DNA from: Lepidodermella squamata
Taxonomy: Eukaryota > Animalia > Gastrotricha
Reading direction: 5' to 3'
Assembly (NCBI GenBank): GCA_047495785.1
Contig: JBLDXI010000019.1
Coordinates: 2,852,001-2,916,000, forward strand
DNA: 64,000 nt
The translations under genes and the position numbers were made by a program. Shown here in pieces: positions 13,952-27,386 of the stretch. The notes beneath the pieces were generated by a model that had not been told where the DNA came from, ran no database searches, and saw nothing but the letters and a program-made list of their open reading frames with translations. Every line of letters starts with the position of its first letter. Position 1 is the stretch's first letter.

Positions 13952-14264
13952 GCTGCCAACCGAGGGTAAGCGGGGGATGGCATTTCATCTTTTTGGGACT
14001 TTAAATCACTTTATACTTTAGATCTCGACGCCAACGCAACCTCTTAGCTTCTGCGAAGGGATGCTTCGACGGACTTATAATGAACACTGAAAAGTGAAAA
14101 TAATTAAAAATGCGTGAACTCCGTAGCTAAATTTTCGAAGTCGGGTCAATTAATGTACGTCCAGTGCTACGTGGGAGTTAGATCGTGCAAGTTTCAAAAA
14201 CGCCATGCCAGATTTCGCTTGCATGCTTTTTAGCATTTATCTTCCACAAGTAGATGCAAGAGGG

Positions 14265-15050
14265 CTTGGGACTAATACTGTATGGACTCGACACTAGCCA
14301 CTTTTCTGCTGGACAGGAAAAAAATCAATAATTTTGATGCGAGAAAATCACATGAAAAAATGTGTTTTTTTACGCATTAAAGGCACCATTTTTACGCATC
14401 CGCCCGTTACAAAGCCAAAAACAGGACAAGTTTCACGAGAGTACCGTATGGGCAAGTCATGCCGATAGATACAGACTTAATTTTTATGAATATAGATAGC
14501 TCAAGTCACGATCTTTGCAACAGTGCCAAATTCAAAATTTTATGACTTTGCTGTGATTTTACTTTGAATTTTACACAGAAATTGCCATTTTTGAGGAAAT
14601 AAAAAATGGCAAAAAATTATTCAATGAGTCATGAATATTCTCTCGTATTTTTTTCTGAATAAATCAGCGTAAATAATTCGGTTCTATTTTTAGAAATTTT
14701 TGCTCATTCTGTCAGAAACATCAATTTAGCTAAGTAAATTCAGCACCCAGTATGTCATGGTTTATACCGTTACAAAGGTCCTCTCATGTAGAATTCGGCT
14801 ATGTAAAATTAAATGCGATCCGAAATAAAGGTAAGGTGTGATACGGTACCAACGGGACGAGACTTCGATTCTTCCCAATGTAATGGGCGCATGCGTAAAA
14901 AAGGTACTCATAAAACGTCATTTTGCGATTTTTTTCTCGCGATTTTTGAACGACTTTACGATCACGATTCTTCGGACGGTTTTTTGCGTCCAGCAGGATT
15001 TTAATGGAGAGATGCTAGCAGTGTCGAGTCCATACAGTATTAGTCCCAAG
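14265..15050. mobile_element. 786-bp non-autonomous DNA transposon with ~30-bp TIRs and an 8-bp TSD
   Basis: TIRs CTTGGGACTAATACTGTATGGACTCGACACT / AGTGTCGAGTCCATACAGTATTAGTCCCAAG; direct repeat CAAGAGGG at 14257-14264 and 15051-15058; subterminal inverted repeats near 14390 and 14880. Confidence 0.85.
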
Positions 15051-15322
15051 CAAGAGGGAGGATTGTCCTGTTCTCGAACACCAGCGGACCTAAACATGTT
15101 GATAAAAAAATAAAAGCTTATTTGCTTATCACGGAATTATATTTATTGGATTTCGGTAACAGCTTCATCCAGCCCTTGGTTTTCAATATAAGCTGTAGTT
15201 TTTGAATAATGTAGAAGGATTGAATAATGTAGAACGCCTTTGCACTTTGCAGGGTGTAATTGTTAATCCATCGCTGAATTGAATTACGATTCCACTCAGA
15301 GTAAACTCAGTAAGGAATTATG

Positions 15323-15690
15323 AGGGGAGCGAGTAGTCGAGTGGTCACAGCGTCTCACTGGCTGCGAAGAGGCACGGGTTTAATCCCGGAACCGCACAAC
15401 GTCAATCATGCGTCTCCGCACAACGTCTGCTTTCTTCTGCGGTTCTGGGACCGTAAATCAAGCTGCGATGAAGAGTCATGCGGCCAACTGGAGCCAAGGA
15501 TTCAATCCTCGAGTGTGAAAGCTGCTGGTAATTACCGCCAAGCAGCTCCTGCGAGACCGCAGCTCCCTTCCTCCCGGTGTAGGGCGCCATTCATCGGCAA
15601 TCAAGAGATGGCTACTCGGTGCGAAAGCCTGGGGACCATGGATCGATCAGCAATAATCGGCTCATGTATAGATGACTCTTAGGCCTCATA
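15323..15690 (+). mobile_element. tRNA-derived SINE (Pol III internal promoter)
   Basis: A-box TAGTCGAGTGG (15334-15344) and B-box-like GGTTTAATCC (15377-15386), followed by a GC-richer non-tRNA body. The 3' end is approximate. Confidence 0.55.
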
Positions 15691-15900
15691 TATGTTATGA
15701 CACTTGATCCAAGTGCTAAATGTCGAAATGCGAATTGCGCAATAAAGTATGAGTATGCGTATTATGATCGAGGAGAAAAGGATATATTGGGAATAGCAAA
15801 ATTAATAAGGAGCAAGACAGAACAATAGATTTCGAGTCATTAGAATATCATTATCATGTTCATGTTCAATAATTTACGGTGCAAATGTTTTCAATCGCAA

Positions 15901-18900
15901 TTATTTGAACTTCATGCGCTGGGCTTGGAACATGTGGCTGTTAGGCAGCATTTGTGGAGGGGGCTTCGGCGCCATTGCTCCAAGAGGCGGGAGTTTTTGC
16001 TGTCCAGGATATTTCGTCAATGAAGGCCCGACATCATGCGGTCTGGGTTCAAGCTGAGTTCGAATAAATCCCTTTGAAGCGGCGTTTTGCATGAGGGCGT
16101 TGCTTTTGGGCCCTTGAGTAAGAATTTTATCATAGTAAGGATTACTCTTGTCCCATTTGCTAAGCGTAGTCCCAACGGGCGTTGAGGGCCTTCTATCATC
16201 AGAGACCACCGAATTACGCTTAACAACACTCGAGCTTCCCTTTTTCTTACAAAGGAGATAATAGAAGGCAATTACCACAATGACAACGAAAACAACTCCG
16301 CCAACAACGCCCCCAATTATAACGCCAAGGCTAGGGTTGGAGGCAGCTTCTGACGTAGTGTTTCCAGGTGTGGTTGCTTGATTGACAGAAGAAGCAGAGT
16401 CTTCACTACTGCATGGATTGACAGTTGGCAGGCACGTAGAAAACTCCAGAGGGCTGCCAATTTCAGCCAACATCATCGAAGCCATATCAGGCTCGGTAAT
16501 AGCGGCTTGGAAATCACTTTGACCGATCGAAGCCGGCTCGGCTGCCGCTCTTTTCCTACGTTTTCCATTCAGTGAGCCAGCTGCATCGCAGAACTTCTTC
16601 GTCGCCGTCGGACTAATTGTGTATGTGATCCTAAAACAGCAGCCCTTCTCAGTTTTCGAGGTATTGGCGTAGTTGGAATCTATGATGTCATCTGTGTTGC
16701 TGTAGTTGAGGTTCACAGTTTGCTTTTTGGTGTATCCAGGACAACATTTCGTGTAGTTGGCTGCACATGCTGAGTTAAGTTTCTTGGCGACATTGCTTTT
16801 AATGATTCGTCTTATTTTTAGGTATTCGTCAATCTTAGGCACAGGTTTGTAGAGCAGATCGACACCCTTCGACTGTTCATCACTGGAGGCTGAACAACGA
16901 GTCGGGTTGTCGCATTGTTGATACTCTTTCGAACCGTCAGCTTTCAGGCGCCATTGCACTCCGATGCTGCAAGTCGAGGAGCAGGCGGACCATAAAGAGC
17001 TTGAGAGACCGCTCGAGGGTGGCATCCACGCGTTCAGGTATCGATCACCCTCTTTGAGCTTGTCAGCCGTCACCGATGTCAAATTGCTAACGGAAACAAG
17101 AATAACAGTCATTGCCGTAGTGGCTGATTTTGGTTTAACTGTCGAGCTCGCCCCAGCATTGGCTGCTACACTACTAATAGTCTGCAAGCTTGTGCTTGTG
17201 GAAGTGTCAATAAGGGTTGAGGTCGATGCTGTTAGCGCATTGTTAGCTGATGTCGAACTTGGCATAGCTATTATCGCCGAAGTTCCCGATGTGGAATCTG
17301 AAGCCGACGATGAAGTTGACTGCGTTGCACTTCCGGTTTTTCCTGCAGTCGAGACTGCTGTGTTAGTTGAGCGCGTGGCAGTAGAAGATGCCCAAGTCGG
17401 CGTTTGGCTTGAACTTATAGATGTTGTCGAACGTGTTGACGTTGGCAGTGTTGCAGTTTGGTTTGTGGTCGCAGATGCCATGGATTTTTGGGTAAAAGGT
17501 GAACTGCTTGTAGAAAGTGTTCCATTCAAGTGCCAGAAGAACATGTTTCTCATGGTGGCATTTCCTGTATTTTGCCTTCAATCAAATCTATATCAAACTC
17601 AAACCTTGATAAAAAAACCTGCAGTTCCAAAGCTCGCATACAGACGGATCTTGGTACTCACATTCTCAGTAATAGCTCCCGCGTTAGGTAAGCTGACCCC
17701 ACTGAAACAAATCAAAGACGCCGCCATGCAATCCGAGTTCATAGGAGCCATAGCGACCTGAGTTTGGCAAAAATATTTCAAGGCATTATTTATTAGCAAC
17801 AAGGTACCGTCAACATGTCGCTCCAAAGCTGAACAATCAAACGGAATCTCGAAACACCGGTCGAAGTGAATAATGGGCTACAGGTAGTTGAAGTGAGATT
17901 GGGTCCATCAGGCAGCATCCCCGAGGAACCTGTAGACAGATAAAGCTTGCCAGATGGCTTCACTTCTTGCCAAATGGAAAGCCCGGTCAACGTATTGTAC
18001 GCCATGGACCCATCATTATTGTGCGCTAGAAGGTAAAGGTAAAGGTAATAAGGTAAAATATCCACTGATTGAGGTTCAAAACTGACGAAAAACTAACAAT
18101 AAATCACGCTGGTTGACGAAATGACAAATGCGAACCACGTATTGTATGATATATTAGTTAGGTATCTCGTCGTTACATCAGTTTCCATTCGCCAGTTACT
18201 TTCGTAGGCAGGCTGAAACGCATTTTTATAATTAGACGTTTCATTCGGCAAAATCATCGCACTCACAATCGATAGCCAACCTCCAGAGTTATTTACGCTC
18301 TCTGTCAGCTCAAATCCCAAAGAAGTTTGTTTTGCAAACAGATTAAGCATTGGACTTGCAGATGCATCCGAAGCTAGGGTGGTATCGAATGAGAAATTCT
18401 GAGCATAAGTGGCAGTTGAGCCGTCCAAACTCAGCGAGTCAATGTCAGGCGTTGGTGTCCAGCTTCTAAGAGCTGAAATAGAGATATGTTTACACGTTAT
18501 TCAGTCTAGAACAATTTACCGCTCTTTGAACTACCGCATATTGGTGTCGTAGTTTGAGGGGGAGTTGCAGTAATTCCGCCCGGTGATAGCTGCCAAAAAC
18601 GTTGGCCAATGACGGCCAATGTTGCTAGAAATGAATTAAATCTCAGTTGGAAATTAACGAAGTCCAATCTCTAATACAGTAGTTTCCGAAGAAAGAAACC
18701 CAGCGCGGTTTCGCACTTCCTGTTCCAATCGCAGTGCCTGCTATTGAAGGAACGGGGACATCAGAGAAGCATACTGCAACTGGGGTCGTCCCATTGGCTG
18801 GCAGGGGCGCTAAAGCAACCTAGGAAGGATAAAAGTCTAATAAGAATCGGAACTACATTTGAATCTTTACGAAAGAAATGCTCAAAGATTACTCAGCGAA

Positions 18901-19964
18901 ATTGTGATAATGTTATACTGTGAAGAATGTCCGCTTTTTTGACGGTATTCGCTGTTTAGTACCCTGGAAGATTGCTATTGCAAAGTACAGAAAGCGGGGA
19001 GGAAAGGGGGTGGGGATACAGCGGGTACCCCCAGCACGAGTGCTGCAAGCAAGAAATCCGCAGGGGAGGGGCCCTTTGGTGCGAAAGTAACCAAAAGTCT
19101 CATTTAGCTCGATAATTCCCATGCTGTTCTATGCTAAATCCCAACCTGCACTGCCTGTATAGTCGCTTTATCATGCCGTATTCACCGTGTAGGCTGTCTT
19201 ACCGTCAGAAGATTGTCGCTCATTTGGGAGATCAGCCTATACATCGCAACACCAGATGGCGCCGCGAAAACGTTTGATAAGCCGCAGCCAGGCTTCGACG
19301 TCGCAATAACGGGATCCAACGGCAGGGTTCCAACAGCGTTACTCGTGGCTGACGCGTATACTCGTCCCCCGTAGCCCATCTCTATGACAATAGACAACCC
19401 ATTGAATCCAGTAGGAGCCAATATTGAATAAGCTGCAATTACAAATTGATGAAACAGTTCAAAGATTTATTTAAATAAATTAACACGTGTATCCATAAGA
19501 TGTTGACGATAATGAAAACGCGGCTTTTCCGAACGTTCCAGAGCCATCAATATACGTAGAACTCAGATCCATCTCGATCCTGATGTTAGTTGCAGTAGAG
19601 GGCAAGGCCTACAACATATAATTAGGCCATTAAATTGTTTTAATTCATCATGAGAAACTTGCTGTTCCCATATTAACTCGCCCAGTTCCAAATGTAGCGT
19701 TGGTTAATTCAATGCCCTGAGCGCTTTGTCCCGCAATCGTAACTGTGCTAAACACAGTCAGTGGCGTCGTTGCCCCATCGAAAGACAAGGCCTGCTGGAA
19801 CGCAGGTGTTCCTGCCCAAGAATATGGCAGGGCCAGAGATGCCGTATCTGGAGACTGAGCTGCCCCTGATGAAAATTCTCATCTCATAGTAAGTATTCCA
19901 TGGAATGAAACGAGAACATACCCAGCGCACATGTTACTACCGATATGAATAGAGTTTTCAGCAT
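15901..19964 (-). CDS. Type-I membrane mucin-stalk protein, paralog 4 (tandem A + B N-domains)
   Basis: Signal exon MLKTLFISVVTCAL. A-domain exons at ~19865-18530 splice in frame through the linker GGITATPPQTTTPICGSSKS into B-domain exons at ~18473-17600, then into ORF 15901-17553. Confidence 0.8.
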
Positions 19965-20699
19965 TTCGAAAGGCTTTTCAAAAACAAAATTTGGAAATGC
20001 AACAGTCTGTGGAGAGTTGGCGCAGCCTGTCATCGAAAACCATTTTCAAAACCGATGAATAAATAATGTTCCGCTTGTTGATAAATCTTTTGTAAAATAA
20101 GTAGGCGCGTCGCTTTTTCCGGTTTAGTGCTGCGGGGTTTGCAACCCTGATGAAGTTTTTTTGTATCATTTCAGAATAAAGATTGCCTCGCGTGTGTCGA
20201 GTGTGCATCCTACGATTTCGCCTGTGATTCAAACTAGAAACCTCACAAACAGTGGGAAAAACCTCATCAATTTTGAATTCTCACTGTGACCCTGGCCGTG
20301 TTGCTTGGAAATGTCGCAGCACTTACGCTGCTCCATGTTCTCCTGTTTGGGCAAAAGCAGTTGAAAGATATGTCTGAAATAGCTGATCAGGCAATAATAG
20401 CTGATAGATTTCGCCTACGAAAACGTTGATCGTAAACCGTGAACTATGCGTTTCAGGAGCGTGAGCTTACTCTCCCGAACTGACTTCGGGGATCTGGCTT
20501 GGGCAGCTCTCTGCTGGTAGAACGAATCAGAGAGAGATCAGATAGGACACTTCACTATAGTTTCCATTTCAACATCGTTTTGAGACCTCAATGATCCCAG
20601 GTGCCAGCATTGCAGAGCTAGATGTTTTCTTAACTTATCTTGAATTGTTGGGTCGGTTTCTGAGTTACCGCTCAGAAAAATAGCTCGGTTTTACGGAGG

Positions 20700-21800
20700 A
20701 AGATGGCAAAAGAATTGAGCATTTCGCTCTCTTGACTCGTACGAAAAGCGAAACGTTACACGGTTTGTGACCTTTAACCTTGAAATTTGAAACTGTCTTA
20801 TCAAAAACCATGGCCAATTTTATTCCCAAGGCAGTTCTATTCCATATCTTCCGATGCTTGGTGATTGTTGAGTTGCTTGTTGTGGTTGGACGAAACTGGT
20901 TTTTTTATGTTTTAGAATTAAATGTTAGTCCCAAAAATAAAAAAATGCCGAACCTTCGCTCGATGATAAATGATTGACTGGTAAATAACAAGTTGATGCA
21001 ATTAAATATGCTGAAGGTCGGATACCAAGGCAGAGGGATAATAGAAAGCCTTTGGTGGTTTTACCGTTTACGATGACACTAACTGCGAAACGGTCGACGT
21101 TTCGATTTCAATAAGGTGACACCGTTGAATCCAAATAATCAATCCGTTTTGCCGTCGGATGAGCAGCATTATTGACTTGGCTACGCACGAGTAACGTGTG
21201 AGAACCGGTCACACAATCGTCAGAGTTATGCGCAAAGGCTCGGATAAATAGGCAAACATCGACAGTCAAACAATGTTTGCCAAACAACGGCTTCAAACAT
21301 CGCATTTACACGTTCAGTTTGTAGAAAACGATATCAAACAAAATCACTGGGGGATGCGATTTTGTTTGACACCCAGTGATTTTGTTAGACAAACATGCAA
21401 ACATTTGGCGTTGTGGCTGCTGCGGAGATGCCAGCCGGAACGGCATCTGCGGAAGTTTTGCATGCGCTTCTTCAAAAATGGATAGAATCTGACCACATAG
21501 AGCAAAAAATTGCTGGAGTCGCACGGCAAGGAAAAAAATCGAATCAGAGAGGTTGAAAATTTAAAAGCATTCTATCACCCGGTTATGGTGTTTTCGCCTA
21601 TTATGCAAATTATGCATAAAATATCTTGATAATTTTGCATAAATTAAGCTATTTTCTTTTGATGATTTGCATACATTTTGCAAAATTTCTTGCAAATTTT
21701 GTTTGAGAGTGTTTGAGAGTGCACTCTGTCCTACAATTACAAATTCAAGACAATTAAAATGGTTTACAATCACAATGCAAATGTATATGCAAATGTAAAT
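20700..21800 (+). mobile_element. Possible highly decayed LINE remnant, interrupted at its 3' end by the following TIR element
   Basis: Only weak, broken RT C-terminus-like peptides. The segment after the insertion (25315-25355, ctcttctgggcgat...ggcttct(aaat)n) recurs at ~56840-56888. Confidence 0.25.
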
Positions 21801-22027
21801 GCAAATGTAAATGTAAGTGGGTCTATTTCATCTGCTCTCAGAAAAAGGATTATGAATTATTTGTGAGTGAAATAAGATTTTGTAATTATTTTTATTCACT
21901 CAAAAATAAAAACAGATGCCAGCCCCCATTGTACTCCCTAATTAACTCGCCAGTTTGCGCATCGAGGTGTTCAAAGTCCGCGTCTCTTTTGCGTCCGACT
22001 GCTATTTTAGGAGTCGAGCTGAGAGAA

Positions 22028-23251
22028 AAGCCGCTTTTACACTACTACTATGCGAATGGTAAACGATTGTAATTACTCGATTGTTAAATAACAGTGATTA
22101 ACTCGTTTCTGCTTATTGTCACGGTTTTATCGTGATGATTTTTAGAGAACTTGAAAAATTGGAAACATTTTACAATTAATTAGAAATAGTTTCATATAGG
22201 TATTTAGGCTACTCGTTTACAAGGTGATCAATTTTCCGTCAAACCGGGTAGATAGGATGCTAGAGCTTTATTCAGTGCCAGCATGAATTTAATCGCCATT
22301 GCATGATTGAAAAAATTATCGCGAAAATTCCCCGAATTTTCCTTGATTTCGCGAAGCGTTTAGTTAAATTTGCTGGACCAACTCCTTGCTTCATCACCTT
22401 GAACTCGTGGCTTTTCCATGTCAGGAAATTTTCGAGAATCCAATTTTGGGGTATTTATAAGTATTTTTCATGGTATTTCATTCTTGACCGCTTTTTCACA
22501 CAAAAAACTGCTGTAAAATTGATTGGCTTCTTAAAAAAATCATTCGATTCTCTTGGCACATGGAGAAATGTTTACCCAGTTCGAAATATCGAAAGCCAAG
22601 ATACGCTCAAGCATCACCGAGGGCTGGTCATTCTAGTATAAATTTGTTTTAAATTATTATTAATTATTATTAAGTCTTGTTCTTTAAGTGATGACCGTGC
22701 TAATTATAAGTACAGGAAACCACGGGGAATTTTACGACCAATATTTCTTTCTAAATTAATCGTGAATTTTGAAAATTAAATTGCATAAACACGTTTACAA
22801 CAAATTTGGTTCCGCAACAGGCGACTTTGTTTCAACTAAAAGTGAAACCCTCTTGAGAATTTTGCGGCAATTTTGCGGACAACAGTCAATGAAACACATT
22901 TAAACATATTATTTAAATGTTTTCTTGCAGACAAGCCCTGAGTTCACGGTCGAATTTGCTAAATCTTACAAATAATTTAACGGATTTTCTTCTCGATGTG
23001 TTCAATTATGCAAAGGCGGGAATTTTCGTTTGAGTGCTGAATCAAAATCAGGAATTCACGAGAAAATTAGCATGCCATCATATCTTTTGAAATTAGCCAG
23101 AAAATAATCAAAATGTTTTTAATTCTTTCTAATTCTCTCTTAACAGCGATAAAAAACGTTAAAATCAAATAAAAGCAAGCTAATAACTGTTATCTAACAA
23201 TGGACTAATTACCATCGTTTACCATTCGAATGGTGCAGTGTAAAAGCGGCT
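22028..23251. mobile_element. Nested inverted-repeat element
   Basis: agccgcttttacact...cgaatggtaaacgattgtaatta versus taattaccatcgtttaccattcg...agtgtaaaagcggct. Confidence 0.6.
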
Positions 23252-23326
23252 AAAGACGACGCTTCTACCCGACCACTGCGCGTCGTTTGGGCGATTATCG
23301 TCTCTTTCTCGTCTCCAGCGAACATA

Positions 23327-23669
23327 GAGTGAACCGCTCTAATTTCGGACAGTTTAAGGTCCCTAATTTCGGACACATCAAGGTAAGCTTCAACCTAGTC
23401 AAATTTGGTATCGTTCGAAAGCCCTCCATGAGTTGATGACGAATATCGATAGTTCGGCCGAAAAAGTATAATTTAGGCTTATTTGTGTGAGTTTCAAGGT
23501 GACATGAATGTGTGAAACTCAGGTAAACAAACCTAAACAATGACATTCGTCATCAGCTCATCGAGGGCTTTCGAACGACACCAAATTTGACTGGGTTGAA
23601 GCTTACCTTGATGTGTCCGAAATTAGGGACCCGTACTTGGGCACAGTCCGAAATTAGAGCTGTTCACTC
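23327..23669. mobile_element. Foldback MITE, GAGTGAAC family, TA-flanked
   Basis: TA|GAGTGAACCGCTCTAATTTCGGAC ... GTCCGAAATTAGAGCTGTTCACTC|TA, with arms of about 110 bp. Confidence 0.8.
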
Positions 23670-26600
23670 TACCAGATGACGTTTCCAGCATTTTTCTTTT
23701 TTTCGTAGATAGCCGTCGTTTTTACACTAGCGGAGGGTTACGGAGGCGTTCGTTAATGCCGTCAGTTGCCACCCCTATTTCGAGGCTCTGTTTTGATTAC
23801 GCAACTGAGCTTTCACGAAAAAGCGAATTTTTAATTTTTAATTTGTTTTCGGCATTAAAATTCCGCCGTTATTTTTTCAGGGAAAAATCAGTCGATAGAA
23901 CATAAAAGCATTATTAGGCTGGGTTTGCATCAACTTAAGCCACCTGAAAATCAATTTTCGTGGTTATGGCCCTCGAAATTTAAGCAATGGAAAAACAAAA
24001 AATCATTTTTTGAATGTCACCGAAGTAAAGAATATTTTGACTGTCAAATGTGATCAAAATTTGTATTTACCGTCAATATGAGTCACGTAATGCTATACTT
24101 GAAGGCCGCGGCAATGTTTTCGCTTTTCATATTTATTTGAAATTGGGGGCGATTAAACACCCTATAGGTAATGAACCGTGTACTAAAAGCCATAATCAAA
24201 CATAAAAACACAGGGATAAATAGTTGACGAATATCTAAAATGCGAGGTAAATTCATATCGCATGGGCAGAAAAATCTTAGAAAAATTCAAAATGTCATGA
24301 GAATAGTAAGCAAGTATGTCACTTGTCAATGAGTTGACAATAATTTAGATTAAAATGAACCAACCGGGTAAAATACATTAGTCAAAATTACCGTAAACAG
24401 TTAAAATCGGAGTTTTCCGGGTTATCTTCGCTAAATTTTTTGATTTACTCGGTGAAAAGCGCGGATGAAGAATCAAATATTCTCTTTGAATTTTTTTCCG
24501 AAATTGCGTCCAAAAACTTCGTCCAAAAACAACGTCCGAAATTGCAAAATAAAAAAAGTTGCGCAAATGAGAAATAATTTTAGGAAAGTATAAACACGTC
24601 CCGGAGTTACAATAGGACGAAATTCTCAATCGATGGCTATCTAAATCAGCTGAAGCAATTTTAAACAATTTTCGACGTTCGGGTTGATATAGCCGAATTC
24701 GGCCGAATATTCTTTTGCTGATCAAATTTCCGACTGGCAAATGGCAAAATTTGTAAATTTGATCAAAAACTCAATTATTGAAAAAATTCAACATGTCGAA
24801 ATATTCGAATAATAATTGAGGATATTAGTAAAAATAACTTTGAAGTACCAACTAAGAAGAAAATATATTTTTGAAATTTCTTTTTGAAATTGGTTTCTTG
24901 ACGCTTCGGAAAAAATCAAAATTCAATTTTCTGAAACTCTTTAGTTGCGTAATCAAAATTTGTCTCAACAGAGCCGTTAAATAGATGATAGCAACAGATG
25001 TAATTAACGAATGCCTCCGTACCCCTCCGTCGTGTAAAAACGACGAGCGTGCGGCTTGCGAGAACCGTAACTGCGAAAAAATGAAATATTCTAATCCCTG
25101 GATTGTTCAACAACATTGCGTCTTATCCTCCTCAGCCTCCAGCTGAAATAACAAATTAGTTTATTTTTGAGATCATCCTTTTCTCCGTTACTCGCTGAAA
25201 ATAAAATAAAATGGAATTTCACAATGAAAAGTCACCATTTTTAAGTGAGCAGATGAAATAGACCCTATGGTTCCACTGTATATGTTTCTCTTTCATTCAA
25301 AACTTGCTAAGCTGCCCTCTTCTGGGCGATGAGGCTTCTAAATAAATAAATAAACAGTGTAAATGAAAGTTTGACAAACTCATGTTTGAAGCTCTGCTTT
25401 TCCGACATTTGATCGTATAAATGCATTTCATACATTTTCATCAATCATCGATGTTTGAAGTAAATGTTCGAGAAACTGTTTGCCCGTTTAGCCGACCCTT
25501 AAGAGTTAAGCCTCATGCTTTAATATGCGTTAGTTTGCAGTTTATAGTATTTTATGCATTTTCTCCAATATTAATCATTTGTGTATTTTAACTTTTCATA
25601 CTACGCATAGCGAAAAAAGTTAATTTTTTCTCTACGTTAGCGGCGTCGTCATATTGTTGAATCATGTTATTGCAGTTGTCTCTCATGCTCGCTAGCATTT
25701 CGGTATAAGCCTCCACTTGACGGTAATTACTGTCAACTCGAAGCGCAAACAATGCTTCGTAATCAACAACCGACGGTAAAAATAGCTGCGCACTACGATG
25801 TATATTCAGCAGGCGATGAGTAAGTTAGTCGTTTTCGGGAAGCCGTTGCTACCTCAGTTCATTAATCTTTTTTCAAACTTTGTGATAATAACTATATTTC
25901 AAACTTTTACATTTCATCATGCTAAAGCTTGCATTGTTCATCGGCGTTGCGGTGAGGCTGAGCAATTCGCTATATCAATTGTCATTATATTTATTTACCA
26001 ACAGGCTGTTCTCGCCATGTTGTTCTTAGCCGAAGGCGCGCCGGTTGACGAGCAGGTAGAGGCGGAAAGAGCCCTGTTTTGCTACGGCAATACGCTGAAG
26101 AGTCCCACGCTGAAGAGTTGCGTTGTGATTGGAAGCAAGTGTACAAGCGAAATCGGTTTACCTGGTACATGGAAAGCATTAGGCGGGCCCATTGCTTATT
26201 GCGGCTTTTAGGTGGACGGGGTAGATTCAATGTCTGTTTGAAGTATGAAGCGAGAAATGATTTAGATGTGGGGATTCGCTTGAGAAACATTATAACATGA
26301 TATTAACTCTATTAGCTCTATTCTTGGGTCTTGGAAGCCTTATAGCGTAATAAAGCAAATGAATAGCCACGATAATTTAATTCTTTGGCACTCTCAGCAT
26401 GTTTTGTTTTTGGCTGAGTTTGACAGAATGGGCACCGCATTGCCTTTTAGGCTTTCAGATCCCTTCTTCGTGTTCCGTGCTTCAAATGGTGAACATAGAG
26501 ATTATTTTTTCGAAATTTTCAGAGAAATGCAGAGCAGTAAAATCGTGAAAAAACAATTCCTTGATTTTCAGAAAAATCGACATTGAAGCATATTTCGCAT

Positions 26601-27386
26601 TGGGTTTGTAATGATGAAACTCTATATTTCAATGTTTGGAGTGAGCTTGGAAGATTTTCTTTTCTGATTTTCTATAATTTTATAAATTATTCCACTTTTT
26701 TACATCACAAAAATGTAGATTCCTACATACGCATGGTAAAATTGTGCCATTGGGAAATTGAATTTCTCCATGGCAACTAATAATTTCTGCCAAAAATGAA
26801 ACTGCCAAAAAATTGGGCAGCATTTTGCTCGGAATTAGCCTCAAACCCCCCCAGCCCCCCCCCCCCCCCCCCCCCCCATGAAACGCATTTTCTCGAGAAT
26901 CGCAGGAAAGTCACAGAAAGAGCGAAAACCTCAATTTTATTAGAAAGCAATTTCACGTGCAAAAACAAAAATGTGACAAAACGAGGCAAAACGAGGTCTT
27001 CGAAATCTCTTGCTGGTAGCCGTCGCGATGCAGATCCGGTTCGGTTTCCTCCTCGAATTCGCGGTTTTGAGCAGCAACGGAAATTCAGCGACGAGCCATA
27101 GCAACGTCAGAGGCGACAATGACTGGTTTCTCGGCGAATCTTCGACCGGCAAAATTGACCCAAATCCATGGATTAATTTCCGCCGCGACCTGGATACCAC
27201 GTTTGATATAATGCAGCAATCAAAAAGAAGGAAACAAACCAAGACATGGCGCTTGAAAAGGCCTTCAAGAGGCAACAAATTTAGGGAGGGAACGGCCATA
27301 GATCACTAAACTACACATAACCAGTTTAATTTACAGTGTTCTTGATCTCATCCTTCATCCTCGGAAAGGAATTTTTCACCCCGTAG

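Larger units (their letters stand above)
21819..25265. mobile_element. ~3.4-kb non-coding TIR element (GGG...CCC termini) containing nested insertions
   Basis: GGGTCTATTTCATCTGCTC ... GAGCAGATGAAATAGACCC. Related ends occur at ~57806-57849 and ~63750-63803. No clear TSD. Confidence 0.7.

Noticed and set aside
15323-15400. Functional tRNA gene
   Set aside because: The B-box is imperfect, I found no convincing cloverleaf or nearby oligo-T terminator, and it fits a SINE head better.
25798-26300. Overlapping ORFs as a transposase or host gene
   Set aside because: No recognisable motif or splice structure.
26846-26877. Poly-C tract encoding poly-Pro or poly-Gly
   Set aside because: A simple homopolymer in intergenic DNA with no gene context.
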